A stretch of 64,000 bases of DNA from a virus (Duplodnaviria; Caudoviricetes): IMG/VR virus record IMGVR_UViG_3300028886_000001, one strand, 5' to 3'. Of the stretch, positions 8,759 to 19,858 are shown in pieces; position 1 is the stretch's first letter, and each line of letters opens with the position of its first letter. The notes beneath the pieces were generated by a model. The model did no database searches. It had not been told where the DNA came from and worked only from the letters and a program-made list of their open reading frames with translations. Both the position numbers and the translations under genes were made by a program.

Positions 8759-9820
8759 ATGGCTTATACACAAGATAATGTAAATCATACTAATATAAAT
8801 CATAATGGATATGGGAATCCTCATCCACAATATATAGGATCTACACCAGCGGCTAGTATAACTAATGCTGTAAATTCTACTGTATGTGCTAATTCTAATA
8901 ATATAGTATGGAATGCTCTTACAATTACATTAAATCAAGATTCTATATCTAAACTAATCAATTGCAAATGTATATGTAATTATAAGATCATAATGGATGA
9001 TAATAAGAGAATATCTAAAGGAGAATTTACTATTAGAGTAGATAATAGAGGTAATGGTAATATATATTCTGATAGTATAGGACAGTATAATGTGTATATG
9101 GTAAATACTAGTAAGACTAGTAAAACTATAGTATATGATATATATGCAGAAATGCCATCTAATGATTCTAAGTGTTATCTTATAAAAGAATTTGAAGATG
9201 GAGAGAATTATAATATAGAAGAACATAACTTCAAATTATTGCAAGATAATATTCCTAATCTTTCTAATACTAGATTATTAGGAATGATTCCTTATGATAA
9301 TAGTAAAAGAACTAAACCTATGGTAGATATAACTAAAAACTATATTGCTATATGCCAATTTAATTCTTTAGTAGCATTAGGAGAAAAGATAGATACTAGA
9401 TTAAGAATAACTAGGTACTCTAATACTATAGCAGATTGTGCTCATGCAGATATAAGAATTATATATGATTATTCATCTAGTATAAAGAATATACATGGAA
9501 GAATAGTAGATATGTATGGTCTTAATACTACTGATATTGTATATAATATACAAGCAGGTAAGGTTACTATATATGCTAAATTAAAATCATTAGGAGATTA
9601 TTATACTGTACAAGCATTAGATACAATAGCAACAACAAATGCAGAAGTTGATTCTTCAATGAAACTACTTACAGGAATAGATCCTATAGGATTATATGAC
9701 ATAGAAAATCCATTGACATTTATACCTATAGGAAAAACATTATGTGTACCAGAAGAAACAACTGGTTCTGTATATGAACTTAAAGTATCTGGTGGTACAG
9801 TAGTAGCTAAAAATATATAA
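8759..9820 (+). CDS. Putative tail fibre protein
   Basis: N-terminal H..PHPQY motif typical of fibre proteins; beta-rich body; GGAGG RBS. Confidence 0.55.
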   Translation: MAYTQDNVNHTNINHNGYGNPHPQYIGSTPAASITNAVNSTVCANSNNIVWNALTITLNQDSISKLINCKCICNYKIIMDDNKRISKGEFTIRVDNRGNGNIYSDSIGQYNVYMVNTSKTSKTIVYDIYAEMPSNDSKCYLIKEFEDGENYNIEEHNFKLLQDNIPNLSNTRLLGMIPYDNSKRTKPMVDITKNYIAICQFNSLVALGEKIDTRLRITRYSNTIADCAHADIRIIYDYSSSIKNIHGRIVDMYGLNTTDIVYNIQAGKVTIYAKLKSLGDYYTVQALDTIATTNAEVDSSMKLLTGIDPIGLYDIENPLTFIPIGKTLCVPEETTGSVYELKVSGGTVVAKNI

Positions 9821-9875
9821 ATAATATAATCAAGGTGTACATCACCTTGATTTGTTTTTTGAAAGGAGGGTAATT

Positions 9876-12401
9876 ATGATTAATGAACCAGATGATATAA
9901 AGACAGATAATATTCCTCTATTAGATGGTCTTATATATAATATAAAGAAGATAGTTAATTCTATAGTAGTTAAAGAGCAAAACGAAGCAGATAAATATGA
10001 AACAAGTGGTATTGAAAAAGAGGCTGATGAATATATAGATGCTATAGAAGATAGAAAGAAGTATTATGATTATAATTATTATTTAGAAGATTTTATATCT
10101 GCTGGTGTACCATTGAAAGATGTAAGCACATATCTAATGGCAGATCAATCAGAGAAGGTTAAAAAGCTTCCTGAAGATATTAAACAGAAATTATTTAAGA
10201 ATAAGAAAGAAAGTATAATAAAGTTTTATGCAGAATCTAATAAGTATTATAGAGATCTAGAAGGCAAACCTAGTTATGATGGTTCTACTAATATATACGT
10301 ACGACAACAAGACATACCAGATAGATTAAAGTCTATTAAAGCTGATAAGAATATAGATATGTTTACCAAGAATGAAATAGATGTTTTATATGGATGTGGG
10401 TTTATGGATACATTATATAATACTTATGGATATGAATATCTAAAACATATGGGTTCTAAATCTATATCACCATACGTAGCTAGAAAAGCAGATGATGCTG
10501 ATTTATTATATATAGATAGTGGTATACCAGATGTAGTTCTTAATAGATTCAAAGAAAAGTATGTATTGAATAAAGCTTTTATTATGAAGACAGTGTATTC
10601 TAATGCATTTAAATTAGAATCTAGATACTATGATAACTTTATAAGAGCTTTCATATTGATAAATACTATAATAGATATGATAGATGAAATACCAGATATG
10701 ATTATAAAGAGAGAAGTATTTGATGTAAGAATGGTTAAAGTTATAATGGTTAATAGTGGAGTAGAGTATTTTCCAGAAATACCATTAAGATATCAATTAG
10801 CTCTAGTAAGAAATTTAAATAGACTTATAAAGTATAAGTCTACTACTAGAAATATAGTAGATATATGCTCTCTATTTGGGTTTGATAATATAGAAGTGTT
10901 TAAGTATTATATATTAAAGATAAGAAATGTAGATAGTAATGGTAGATATATCTCAGCTACTAAAGAACAGTATGATTTCAATGATAATAAATGGGAAACA
11001 GTAGAAGACTTAGATAAAGAATATAGTCTAAAGTTTTTAAAAGTTCCTATAGATGATATAGCAGATAATTATCTAAGTAACCAAAGTAATTATCTAGATT
11101 ATGATCAAGTTGCTGCTGAAGATAAATATTGGAATGGAGATGTAGATCCTAAGACAGTAAAAGATACTATATTGAAACATGAATTCAATATATTAAATAG
11201 TAAATATCTATCTGTAGATACTATATACAGTCTAGATAATCTTACATTTGAACAGGCTTATTTTGTTAATATGCTATTTGATGATGAGATAAAAGAAGAA
11301 GATTTGATGTTACCAGTACCTCTTATCAATAGTTATTCAAAATTTAGGTTAACTGATTTATTTAACTTCTTATTTGCATTAGCTTACGAGTATTTAGAAA
11401 CCAATGATATGCTTTCTAATATGGAATATGGCGATGATTCTGGGGATTATATAATGGATCTAGATAAAGAGAAAGAAAGGATAGCAGGTAAGAATTATAT
11501 AATTAAGACTCTATATGTAAGAGGATTTAATTTTAAAGCAGACTTAACTGCATTGGGTAATTATATAGCAGAGAAAGGATTCTCTGCTGAAGAACTAGGT
11601 ATAGATAAATTTCAAATACCAGATAAATCGGTTCTTACATTTAATCAATTAGTAGAAGTATTTGCTAATAATACTAAGATATATAATCATGTAAGAAAAC
11701 AATTAGAGAATGCTGATAATAAGAATATATACGAGATATATAAAAAGATATATGATACATTATTCTTAACAGAGCTTACATTAAACTACTATAGAAAACC
11801 AGATGGTACTCTATATAAGTCATTTACAGAATTCTTAAAAGATAGAGATAGTATACTATACGAAGTATTACTATCTTTAGAAGATATAGATGATGCTAAT
11901 ACTAAGAAAGAGCAAATTATAAAGATAATAGATGCAGTAGTATATCAAATAGAATTACAGTTAGAAGACTTGAACTTTAAATATTTATTTAATAATCTAC
12001 CTGGAATATCTGTAGAGTATATTAAAGAGTATATGAAGAAAGTAATAAACTTCTTTAAGTCATTCAAAGTAGATTTCCTTAGTATAAATACTATATATCT
12101 ATTTGATGATAAATTAGATAATCTTATAAAGATGATAGATGAAGTATCTTTATATACTTATCTTACTAAACAATCTACAGTAGAAATATTAGACAAAGCT
12201 GATAGCATGATATCAAAGCTTACTTATAATGAAAATATACCAATGAAAGATAAAGCTTATATCTATGCTAGTTATATAAAAGATCTATACATGAAACAAT
12301 ATATATATCATAAAGAAGATATTACTCTTAATAGTATACACGAATTTAAGAGTAGTATATGTATAGATGATAATATATCTATAACTGTTATAAATGAATA
12401 G
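9876..12401 (+). CDS. Putative baseplate wedge / large virion structural protein
   Basis: AGGAGGG RBS before ATG 9876; LIKYKSTTRNIVDICSLFG resembles wedge-protein KGT motif region; structural context. Confidence 0.55.
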   Translation: MINEPDDIKTDNIPLLDGLIYNIKKIVNSIVVKEQNEADKYETSGIEKEADEYIDAIEDRKKYYDYNYYLEDFISAGVPLKDVSTYLMADQSEKVKKLPEDIKQKLFKNKKESIIKFYAESNKYYRDLEGKPSYDGSTNIYVRQQDIPDRLKSIKADKNIDMFTKNEIDVLYGCGFMDTLYNTYGYEYLKHMGSKSISPYVARKADDADLLYIDSGIPDVVLNRFKEKYVLNKAFIMKTVYSNAFKLESRYYDNFIRAFILINTIIDMIDEIPDMIIKREVFDVRMVKVIMVNSGVEYFPEIPLRYQLALVRNLNRLIKYKSTTRNIVDICSLFGFDNIEVFKYYILKIRNVDSNGRYISATKEQYDFNDNKWETVEDLDKEYSLKFLKVPIDDIADNYLSNQSNYLDYDQVAAEDKYWNGDVDPKTVKDTILKHEFNILNSKYLSVDTIYSLDNLTFEQAYFVNMLFDDEIKEEDLMLPVPLINSYSKFRLTDLFNFLFALAYEYLETNDMLSNMEYGDDSGDYIMDLDKEKERIAGKNYIIKTLYVRGFNFKADLTALGNYIAEKGFSAEELGIDKFQIPDKSVLTFNQLVEVFANNTKIYNHVRKQLENADNKNIYEIYKKIYDTLFLTELTLNYYRKPDGTLYKSFTEFLKDRDSILYEVLLSLEDIDDANTKKEQIIKIIDAVVYQIELQLEDLNFKYLFNNLPGISVEYIKEYMKKVINFFKSFKVDFLSINTIYLFDDKLDNLIKMIDEVSLYTYLTKQSTVEILDKADSMISKLTYNENIPMKDKAYIYASYIKDLYMKQYIYHKEDITLNSIHEFKSSICIDDNISITVINE

Positions 12402-12404
12402 TAA

Positions 12405-12416
12405 AACATTATAGTA
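12405..12416 (+). promoter_or_regulatory. Late promoter AACA-N6-TA
   Basis: AACA TTATAG TA. Confidence 0.7.
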
Positions 12417-12441
12417 ATCTAAATAAATAGGAGGAAGAACA

Positions 12442-13248
12442 ATGAGTGATAAGATTTTAAATTTACATGAAAGAAATAAGACTCAAGATATAATTCATGA
12501 TACAGAAATATTAATATATGTAGAAGGAACAGATATACTATTACATAGATTACATAATAAAGTAATAGTATCAGGATCAGCATTTACCGCTGCTAAGCAT
12601 TTCAATATTAAACCTAATATATGGACACCTACATATAATACTAAATTAGGTATATATACTCCAACAGCAGAACCATACACTGAACCTGGCATAAGAAAAG
12701 ATGAAATAGTATGCTTATTTGCTATAGGAACAGATGGATGTGGGCAAGAAAACAGCCAAGTATATGATGTAAATTATACTAAATGGATAGCACCAGAAAA
12801 CTTAATTCCATTTAGATATCAACAACCAACAGATGATTTAAATACTGCTATGAGAAGTAAATACTTTGGTAGAGTTGCTACTAATAGTAGAATAGCATAT
12901 TACTTTAAGAAATTTGAATCAGACCCAGTATTTAAACAACAATATTCAGATGGTACTCCAATAGATGAAAATGTCTATACAGATGCTAGATTGGATGAAG
13001 TAGAATCTTTTGTTGAAATATCATTAAAGATTACTAAAGAAGATTGTAGAGATTTCTTTTTAGCTACTACTGGTATAAATAGTGCAAGAGTAAATACAAT
13101 ATCTCTTCTTACAGGATGGTCTAGTGTAGACGGTGATGGCTTTACTTATTATCATGATATAAGACCACTAACTAAACTAAATTTCCCTAATGAATCTTTA
13201 ATAGATACATCAAAAGGATTAGATATTATATATCATATATATTATTAA
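12442..13248 (+). CDS. Virion structural protein (baseplate / tail-collar-fibre-like fold)
   Basis: NKVIVSG...FAIGTDG...INTISL...KGLDIIYHIYY pattern; follows wedge gene. Confidence 0.5.
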   Translation: MSDKILNLHERNKTQDIIHDTEILIYVEGTDILLHRLHNKVIVSGSAFTAAKHFNIKPNIWTPTYNTKLGIYTPTAEPYTEPGIRKDEIVCLFAIGTDGCGQENSQVYDVNYTKWIAPENLIPFRYQQPTDDLNTAMRSKYFGRVATNSRIAYYFKKFESDPVFKQQYSDGTPIDENVYTDARLDEVESFVEISLKITKEDCRDFFLATTGINSARVNTISLLTGWSSVDGDGFTYYHDIRPLTKLNFPNESLIDTSKGLDIIYHIYY

Positions 13249-13308
13249 TACATAAGAGAGACTTTTAATAGAGTCTCTCTTAATTTATTTATCTAGGAGG
13301 GATTTATA

Positions 13309-14526
13309 ATGACCAAGAGAATATCTAAGCATATAATAAATAAAGAGGATGTAGAGTTTCTTTTAAACGTAAAAGAAGAAGATGTTACATTATCATTTAT
13401 AATGGAGCAATTTGGAGAATTCAATGGTAAATCTAGATTTAGACCTTATGATACTATTACTATACCAAAAGGATACTATGGTAATGATAAGAAAAAGAAT
13501 AAGAATGAATTTAGAACTACTGTAGGTAGATGGATATACAATAAGTATTTTATAGAAAGAGACTTATTAGATATATTTGGATATGTAAATAAACCAATAA
13601 CAAAGAAAGAGTTCGGTAAGATGAATAAGAAGTTATCTTATGCATTATTAGAAGAAGATATATCTCTAGAACAATTAAAAAGATATCTTATGAAAACACA
13701 AAAGATAATGCCATATGTATCAATATTAGCAGGACATATGACATCTGTAATGTGTGAAAGTAATGAGAAGATAGCAGCATTAAAGAAAAAGTTATTAAAA
13801 GAGAATGCTGAAGGTATAAAGAATAAGGATGCTTATGTAGCAGATAAAATAGATCGTGAATTATTAAAAGCTGCTAGAGAAATATTACAAGATGATGAAT
13901 CTATGGATTACTATAACAGTATAGGTTCATTTGACAACAACTATAAGAATATGTATGTAATGAAAGGAGCCACTAAAGATCCAGATCCTAATAAAGGATA
14001 TAATATAGCTACATCTAATTACATGGAAGGTATAAAAAAAGAAGACTATAGCGTATATGCTAACTCTCTTACAGAAGGACCATATTCTAGAGCAGTAAAA
14101 ACAAAAGATGGAGGATATTGGGAAAAATTATTTAAATCAGCATTCCAGCATATAGTATTGGATAAAGAAGGATCAGATTGTGGCACTGATAAATATATTA
14201 CAGTAAATTTAACAGATGATAATATAGATGACTATATGTATTCTTATATAATAGAAGGAAAGAACTTAATAGAATTAAATAGTAAGAATAGAAATAAGTA
14301 TGTAAATAAGACAGTAAAGTTTAGATTTGCTAGTATGTGTAAATCTAAAACAGGTATATGTAATAAGTGTGCAGGTAACTTATTCTATAAATTAGGTATT
14401 ATGAATATAGGTATGGCTACACCAACATTAGCATCTACATTAAAGAATATGTCAATGAGTTCGTTCCACGATTCAACTATTAAGTTTCATGAAATAGACG
14501 TCTCAGAGGCATTCGGAATCGAATAG
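13309..14526 (+). CDS. rpoC: Phage multisubunit RNA polymerase beta'-like subunit (middle/C-terminal part), probably virion RNAP
   Basis: TTVGRW, SNYMEG, bridge helix AVKTKDGGY, DCGT and C..CxxC zinc site, trigger loop NMSMSSFH; lies in late operon. Confidence 0.85.
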   Translation: MTKRISKHIINKEDVEFLLNVKEEDVTLSFIMEQFGEFNGKSRFRPYDTITIPKGYYGNDKKKNKNEFRTTVGRWIYNKYFIERDLLDIFGYVNKPITKKEFGKMNKKLSYALLEEDISLEQLKRYLMKTQKIMPYVSILAGHMTSVMCESNEKIAALKKKLLKENAEGIKNKDAYVADKIDRELLKAAREILQDDESMDYYNSIGSFDNNYKNMYVMKGATKDPDPNKGYNIATSNYMEGIKKEDYSVYANSLTEGPYSRAVKTKDGGYWEKLFKSAFQHIVLDKEGSDCGTDKYITVNLTDDNIDDYMYSYIIEGKNLIELNSKNRNKYVNKTVKFRFASMCKSKTGICNKCAGNLFYKLGIMNIGMATPTLASTLKNMSMSSFHDSTIKFHEIDVSEAFGIE

Positions 14527-14658
14527 TTATGATAAGAATTTTTTAAAATAAACACTTTTCACGCTATATATAATAGGGCTTCTTTAATACCACTTAATGA
14601 CTCGTAAAATTATTTTTTTACGAGTCTAATTACATATCATTAAGGAGGTATTAATAAA

Positions 14659-15531
14659 ATGGATATATACTATAATATTAATCAAAATAATTATATTTTT
14701 GAGAATCCTATACCAGGAGGTAATGTATTACACTATGGTGCGGGATATGATCCAGAGGTATTTTACTTAATAGACTTTTATAATATAGCAGATGATACGT
14801 ATTATATAAGTTCTTATGGAAGAGTATTTAATATTGTAACTATGAAAGAAAGAAAACCTGTAAAGAGTAATACAAATTATTATGATGTACAACTAAAATT
14901 AAATGATGGAACAGATAAACAATTTAGAGTGCATAGGCTTGTTGCTATGGCATTTATACCTAGAACGCATGAAGATATAGTAAATGGAAGGGATTTTGTC
15001 AATCATAAGAATCTGCAAAAGACATTTAATTATTATGGAAATTTAGAATGGGTTACTAATGAAGAAAATATACATCATGCTAATGTAAATAATGCTAGAG
15101 AAAGACATCATATATGGTTTGATTTATCTAGAGATAATAGTAAAATATATGGTGCTAAAAGAATAACAGACGAACAAGTGCATACAATGTGTAGATGTAT
15201 ATCTATAGGTAAATCTAAAAGTGAAGCTTTAACTGCTGCTGGTTTGGAAAATACACCAGGTAACATTAGTACATTATGTAATATAATAGCTGGTAGAAGA
15301 AGAGTTAATATATCTTCTCAATATGATTTTTCTAATGTAAAATCTAGACAATGTGAAAATCATACTGAGCATATAATTAAAGTGTGTGAATTACTAGAAC
15401 AGGGATATAGAATAAAAGATATATGTGATATGCTAGACATTTCTGATAATTACAATAAAGCAAGAAAATTTGTAGGCGGAATTAAGAACCATAAAACATA
15501 TACTAATATATCATGTAATTATAATTTCTAA
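14659..15531 (+). mobile_element. Free-standing HNH homing endonuclease (NUMOD4-HNH type)
   Basis: YYISSYGRV, RVHRLVAMAFIP, VNHKN...NLEWVTNEENIHHA; C-terminal HTH-like repeats. Confidence 0.85.
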
Positions 15532-15561
15532 TGATTATATAATCTCTTTAATACATATTAT

Positions 15562-15574
15562 AATTGTATATTAT
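15562..15574 (+). promoter_or_regulatory. Early-type promoter
   Basis: AATTGTATATTAT. Confidence 0.65.
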
Positions 15575-15610
15575 AATATTGAATATAGATAATTGAGGGG
15601 AGATTATATT

Positions 15611-15901
15611 ATGAATGAAAGTGTTAAAAGTACATTAAAATTATTAGAGGTAAGAATAAATCAAATGACTAAGTATTCTGAAATGCTTGGTAGTGAAGAT
15701 GAGAAAACAAAGACATCAATAACAATATGCACATATATATTAGATAGCTTACATCCTGAATGGAAACTAAAGAAAGGATTGAAGTTATCAGATAAAAGAC
15801 CATTATTAAATATGATATATTCATTTAATACTGGTATAGGTATTGCTGGTTCTCTAAGATGGTTTAGAGAAGCATTAAATGAAGAAGGCATATTACAATA
15901 A
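15611..15901 (+). CDS. Hypothetical protein
   Basis: GAGGGGAG RBS before ATG 15611; terminator hairpin follows. Confidence 0.7.
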   Translation: MNESVKSTLKLLEVRINQMTKYSEMLGSEDEKTKTSITICTYILDSLHPEWKLKKGLKLSDKRPLLNMIYSFNTGIGIAGSLRWFREALNEEGILQ

Positions 15902-15973
15902 GAATTAGCTATATAGCTAATTCTTTATTTTTTTATTTTATAGTAAACCTATAGTTGAAAGGATGTGATTATA

Positions 15974-16324
15974 ATGAGGAATATTAATTTAAGAGATTTG
16001 AGAGCTATATATTATAGATTCGGTAAAAGTAATCTTGTAGATCATAAGAAAGTAGAGTTTAGAGAAAGAGGGACAGTTATATATATTACAGATGAGTATA
16101 TGCATTCGTATTATATTAGCAAAGATAGGGATAATGATAGATTAATTATAGCTACAAATCCTATGCCAGATGGATGTAATTGTGTATCTTTCTATACTAA
16201 AGATAAAGAAGGTAAGTATAATCTATTATGCATATCATATGATGATAATGTTGAAAAAAGTTATATAGATGATATTAATGTAGAACTCAGATTTATAAAT
16301 ATACCTGAATTATTCTTTAGCTAA
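15974..16324 (+). CDS. Hypothetical protein
   Basis: AAGGATGTG RBS; ORF track. Confidence 0.65.
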   Translation: MRNINLRDLRAIYYRFGKSNLVDHKKVEFRERGTVIYITDEYMHSYYISKDRDNDRLIIATNPMPDGCNCVSFYTKDKEGKYNLLCISYDDNVEKSYIDDINVELRFINIPELFFS

Positions 16325-16334
16325 TACATATTAT

Positions 16335-16347
16335 AATTATATATTAT
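16335..16347 (+). promoter_or_regulatory. Early-type promoter
   Basis: AATTATATATTAT. Confidence 0.65.
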
Positions 16348-16399
16348 AATAATGATATAATATTAATATATCAAATAATATTAAGGGAGGTCTGTTAAT

Positions 16400-16678
16400 A
16401 TGGCAGATGAAAAGAAAGAATTAACACAAGAAAGAATTGATACTTTTAAGGAGAACTACACTAGTATTGTAGAAGACAGTTTAGAAATAGCAGAAGCTAT
16501 TGATGCAAAGAATCCAGACTTAAATTTACATGGTAAATTAGAAAAGGTAATGGATAGTGATAATGACTTTATGGATGTTTGTGAATTAATGAGTGACTAT
16601 AATGTTGCTGATAATAAATTTACAAATGAAGACCTATACAATTACATTATAGAAGCCAACAAGACAGAAGAAGAATAG
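16400..16678 (+). CDS. Small acidic hypothetical early protein
   Basis: AAGGGAGGT RBS; D/E-rich. Confidence 0.75.
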   Translation: MADEKKELTQERIDTFKENYTSIVEDSLEIAEAIDAKNPDLNLHGKLEKVMDSDNDFMDVCELMSDYNVADNKFTNEDLYNYIIEANKTEEE

Positions 16679-16889
16679 AGATAATATGTCTTATTCATAG
16701 ACAGTTTAGGACTTATTATAAAAATAAGAAATGCGAGACAACACTTGCATTTCTTTTTTTTCATTTAAGGAGGTATATAATGAGTATCATACTTCAAATA
16801 AAATAGATAATAAGGTTTAATATAAAGAAGACTATATAGTCTTCTTTATATTTTTATATGATCCTGAACTAATGAATAATAGTAGCTAT

Positions 16890-16902
16890 AATTATATATT
16901 AT
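16890..16902 (+). promoter_or_regulatory. Early-type promoter of RNAP subunit gene
   Basis: AATTATATATTAT. Confidence 0.65.
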
Positions 16903-16939
16903 ACTATTGTACTATAAATATAAGGATGTGAAAAACAAA

Positions 16940-18616
16940 TTGGAAGAAGAAAAGCAAATATTACCTAATATTAAAACTAAACTATCGTACCCATATTCTG
17001 ATGAGTATGAGTATATGTCTAAACTAAAAATAATAAATCTAGATCAAACTAGAGAAGAATGTTTATTATCTGGTAAAGGATTCGTAATAAAGAAACAACA
17101 AAGTTCTTTAAAGAAGAATCTTAAAGATCCTAATAGTATATTCTCTACAAGATTTGGACAAACATTAACAGATATGAATGCCCACCCAGATAGATATAAG
17201 TGTGATTGTGGTGCAACAATGGGAAGACTTAATGATGGTATTACATGTAAAAACTGTGGTACTAAAGTAAAATTTGTTGATGATGATTTTGAGTACTTTG
17301 GATGGATAGTACTTAGAGATTATTATGTAATCCATCCAATATTATATGCTATGCTAGATAATCTTTTAGGTAAAGAAAGAAAAGATAATAAATCTAGCTA
17401 TCTGGAGAATATAATAAAGCCTATTAATACTAAAGATGAAGATGGACATCTGATAGATATATCAGATAAATTAGCAGAGCAACCATTCTATGGTATAGGT
17501 ATAATGGGATTAAAAGAAAGATATCAAGATGTGTTGAATTATTATTATAATAAGAATCCTAAGAAGGAAGAGACATATGAATTATTAAGAAATATGGAAG
17601 ATACTTTCTTTACACATTCTATACCAGTATATACAATACATTTAAGACCATTTAAACCAGATGCTTCTAAATTCGAATATGAAGATAGTAATGGTTTATA
17701 TAATATGATGGCTAAACTTCAAGAAGATATCAATGATGATAATCTTAAAATGGCTAGACAATCAAAACCTAAAGATCAATTATTATATGATATTCAAATG
17801 AAGTATATGAAGATATATGAGCATGTATTAGAATCTATATCTAAGAAGAAAGGATATTTCAGAACAGTATTTGGAGGTAGATATAACTTCGCTTCTAGAT
17901 CAGTTATAGTTCCAGATCCTTCTTTAAGAATAGATGAAGTAAAATTACCATATCCTGCATTATTAGAATTATTACAATTACAGATAGTAAATCTGTTACA
18001 GAGATTACATCAATACAATTATATAAATGCATTAAAAGAATGGACTAATGCTAAGAATAATCCTAGCGAACATGGATTAGTATATAGTATAGTAAAAGCT
18101 CTAGTAGAGAAAGATAATCCTAATAGAAAGACATTCTTAAAAGCTCTTGCTGAAGAAGAGAAAGATGGATCTATTGTATATTCTGACATGGAATATAATG
18201 CATTGAAAGAAAGTAAGAGAAGAGAAATGGTAGGACATAAACGTGGTATTCCATTATTGATTAATAGAAATCCTACAATAAACTACGGTTCTATTTTACA
18301 GATGTTCTGTGTAGGAATAAATGATAATTATACAATGAGTATGCCATTACAGGTATTACCATTATTAGCTGCAGATTTTGATGGAGATACTCTTAATATC
18401 TTATATATCCATAATAAGAATTACTTTGAAGCTGCTAATAGAGTATTAAATCCAAGAAATGCAATGTATATATCTAAGAATGATGGTACATTCAATAATT
18501 TAGTAAATCATAAGAAAGATTTAATAATAAATCTAAATGGTATATTACAATTATCTAGAAAGAATTATAGTCAAGATCAATTGAATAGAATAAGATTGGC
18601 TAAGACACTAGAGTAA
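16940..18616 (+). CDS. rpoC: Phage multisubunit RNA polymerase beta'-N catalytic subunit, probably non-virion RNAP
   Basis: Zinc finger CDCG..CKNC, GGRYNFASRSVIVPD, NRNPTI, catalytic AADFDGD. TTG 16940 follows AAGGATGTG (ORF track start 16907). Confidence 0.92.
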   Translation: MEEEKQILPNIKTKLSYPYSDEYEYMSKLKIINLDQTREECLLSGKGFVIKKQQSSLKKNLKDPNSIFSTRFGQTLTDMNAHPDRYKCDCGATMGRLNDGITCKNCGTKVKFVDDDFEYFGWIVLRDYYVIHPILYAMLDNLLGKERKDNKSSYLENIIKPINTKDEDGHLIDISDKLAEQPFYGIGIMGLKERYQDVLNYYYNKNPKKEETYELLRNMEDTFFTHSIPVYTIHLRPFKPDASKFEYEDSNGLYNMMAKLQEDINDDNLKMARQSKPKDQLLYDIQMKYMKIYEHVLESISKKKGYFRTVFGGRYNFASRSVIVPDPSLRIDEVKLPYPALLELLQLQIVNLLQRLHQYNYINALKEWTNAKNNPSEHGLVYSIVKALVEKDNPNRKTFLKALAEEEKDGSIVYSDMEYNALKESKRREMVGHKRGIPLLINRNPTINYGSILQMFCVGINDNYTMSMPLQVLPLLAADFDGDTLNILYIHNKNYFEAANRVLNPRNAMYISKNDGTFNNLVNHKKDLIINLNGILQLSRKNYSQDQLNRIRLAKTLE

Positions 18617-18686
18617 TAAAGGAGAGATAGCATTAGCTATCTCTTTTATCTTTTAAATATAATAAAAAATAAAGTGGAGGAATAAT

Positions 18687-19073
18687 ATGTGTAATACAAA
18701 ACCAAGAGATATGAAATATGTAGGAGAGAATAAATCTATAAAGGACTGTTATGGAGATGCAGTATTTCATTGTATAGAAAATATAATAAATATAGAAACA
18801 ATGAAGATGGGATATCTAATTAGAGTACCATTAATACATGGAGACGAAGTAATATATCCAGCTGGTATGTCTGGGTTTTATATAGATGAAGAAACTTTAT
18901 ATAGAGATTTTAAATATGTGGATGGAGATAAGCTAGAAGATATAATTCCTGAAGATGAAACTAATATGGAATTCATTAAAGAAATAGCTAGCAAGATAGA
19001 TAATATATCAGATGAAGATATAGAGAATCTATTTAGTGTGGAAAAGGAAGACAGTAATGAGGGAAATAAATGA
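18687..19073 (+). CDS. Hypothetical protein
   Basis: GGAGG RBS. Confidence 0.7.
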   Translation: MCNTKPRDMKYVGENKSIKDCYGDAVFHCIENIINIETMKMGYLIRVPLIHGDEVIYPAGMSGFYIDEETLYRDFKYVDGDKLEDIIPEDETNMEFIKEIASKIDNISDEDIENLFSVEKEDSNEGNK

Positions 19074-19386
19074 TGATATTATAGGTAGTAAAATAAATGA
19101 TGAACTTATTAGAAATAGGAGGTTTAAATTTAAAGATAATATAAGACTTATAGAAGCTAATATATATTTATTATTAAATCCATCAATTCCTAATATGGAT
19201 CATTCTATATCTTATGCTGTGAAGATTTATGATAATCATAATGATTTATATGCTAGTGATACAATAGTATCCACATATGATAAAGAATCTTTATTAAGAG
19301 AAATTAAAGAAGCTAATATATACGAAAGCATAATTAATAAAGTAACAGACTATATAGAAACAGAATACGGTATTAAAGTAAAATAA
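19057..19386 (+). CDS. Hypothetical protein
   Basis: AAGGAAG RBS before ATG 19057; terminator follows. Confidence 0.65.
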   Translation: MREINDDIIGSKINDELIRNRRFKFKDNIRLIEANIYLLLNPSIPNMDHSISYAVKIYDNHNDLYASDTIVSTYDKESLLREIKEANIYESIINKVTDYIETEYGIKVK

Positions 19387-19465
19387 GCATAATAAAGAAC
19401 TACTTTAAAGTAGTTCTTTATTTTTTGACTATAATAACAGATTAATAAAACAAGGAGGTGAAAAC

Positions 19466-19858
19466 ATGAATAGAAATGACGAATACTTGAAATCATTAAC
19501 TGGGCGTGAATTTAAACACTTTAAAGGTAAGATGTATAAATATCTTGGTATAGTTCATCAATATAATGAAGTAACACCATATACATCTAGCAGTGAAATA
19601 GAATTATATGGTAATGCAATTCATACAGAAACAGATGAAATGCTTACTATATGGACAGATGTATCTAATTCAACTTCTGATAGATTCTTATTTACTATAA
19701 ATAAGAATAATGATAATGAAGAAGATCTAGTATTATATCAAGCAGAATATGGAGAAAATCTATGTTACTTGAGACCGATAGATATGTTTCTTAGTGAAGT
19801 AGATAGAAGTAAGTATCCAGATGCTAAACAGCAATATAGATTCGAATTAGTAGAATAG
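19466..19858 (+). CDS. DUF1653 family protein
   Basis: FKHFKGKMY, AIHTET, VLYQAEYG...RPIDMFLSEVDRSKYP...QYRFEL; late promoter at 19436..19447. Confidence 0.85.
   Translation: MNRNDEYLKSLTGREFKHFKGKMYKYLGIVHQYNEVTPYTSSSEIELYGNAIHTETDEMLTIWTDVSNSTSDRFLFTINKNNDNEEDLVLYQAEYGENLCYLRPIDMFLSEVDRSKYPDAKQQYRFELVE

Noticed and set aside
14527-15610. Group I intron containing the HNH gene within the RNAP gene
   Set aside because: The RNAP ORF ends with a normal stop after the trigger loop; flanks are short with no evident intron core or downstream exon
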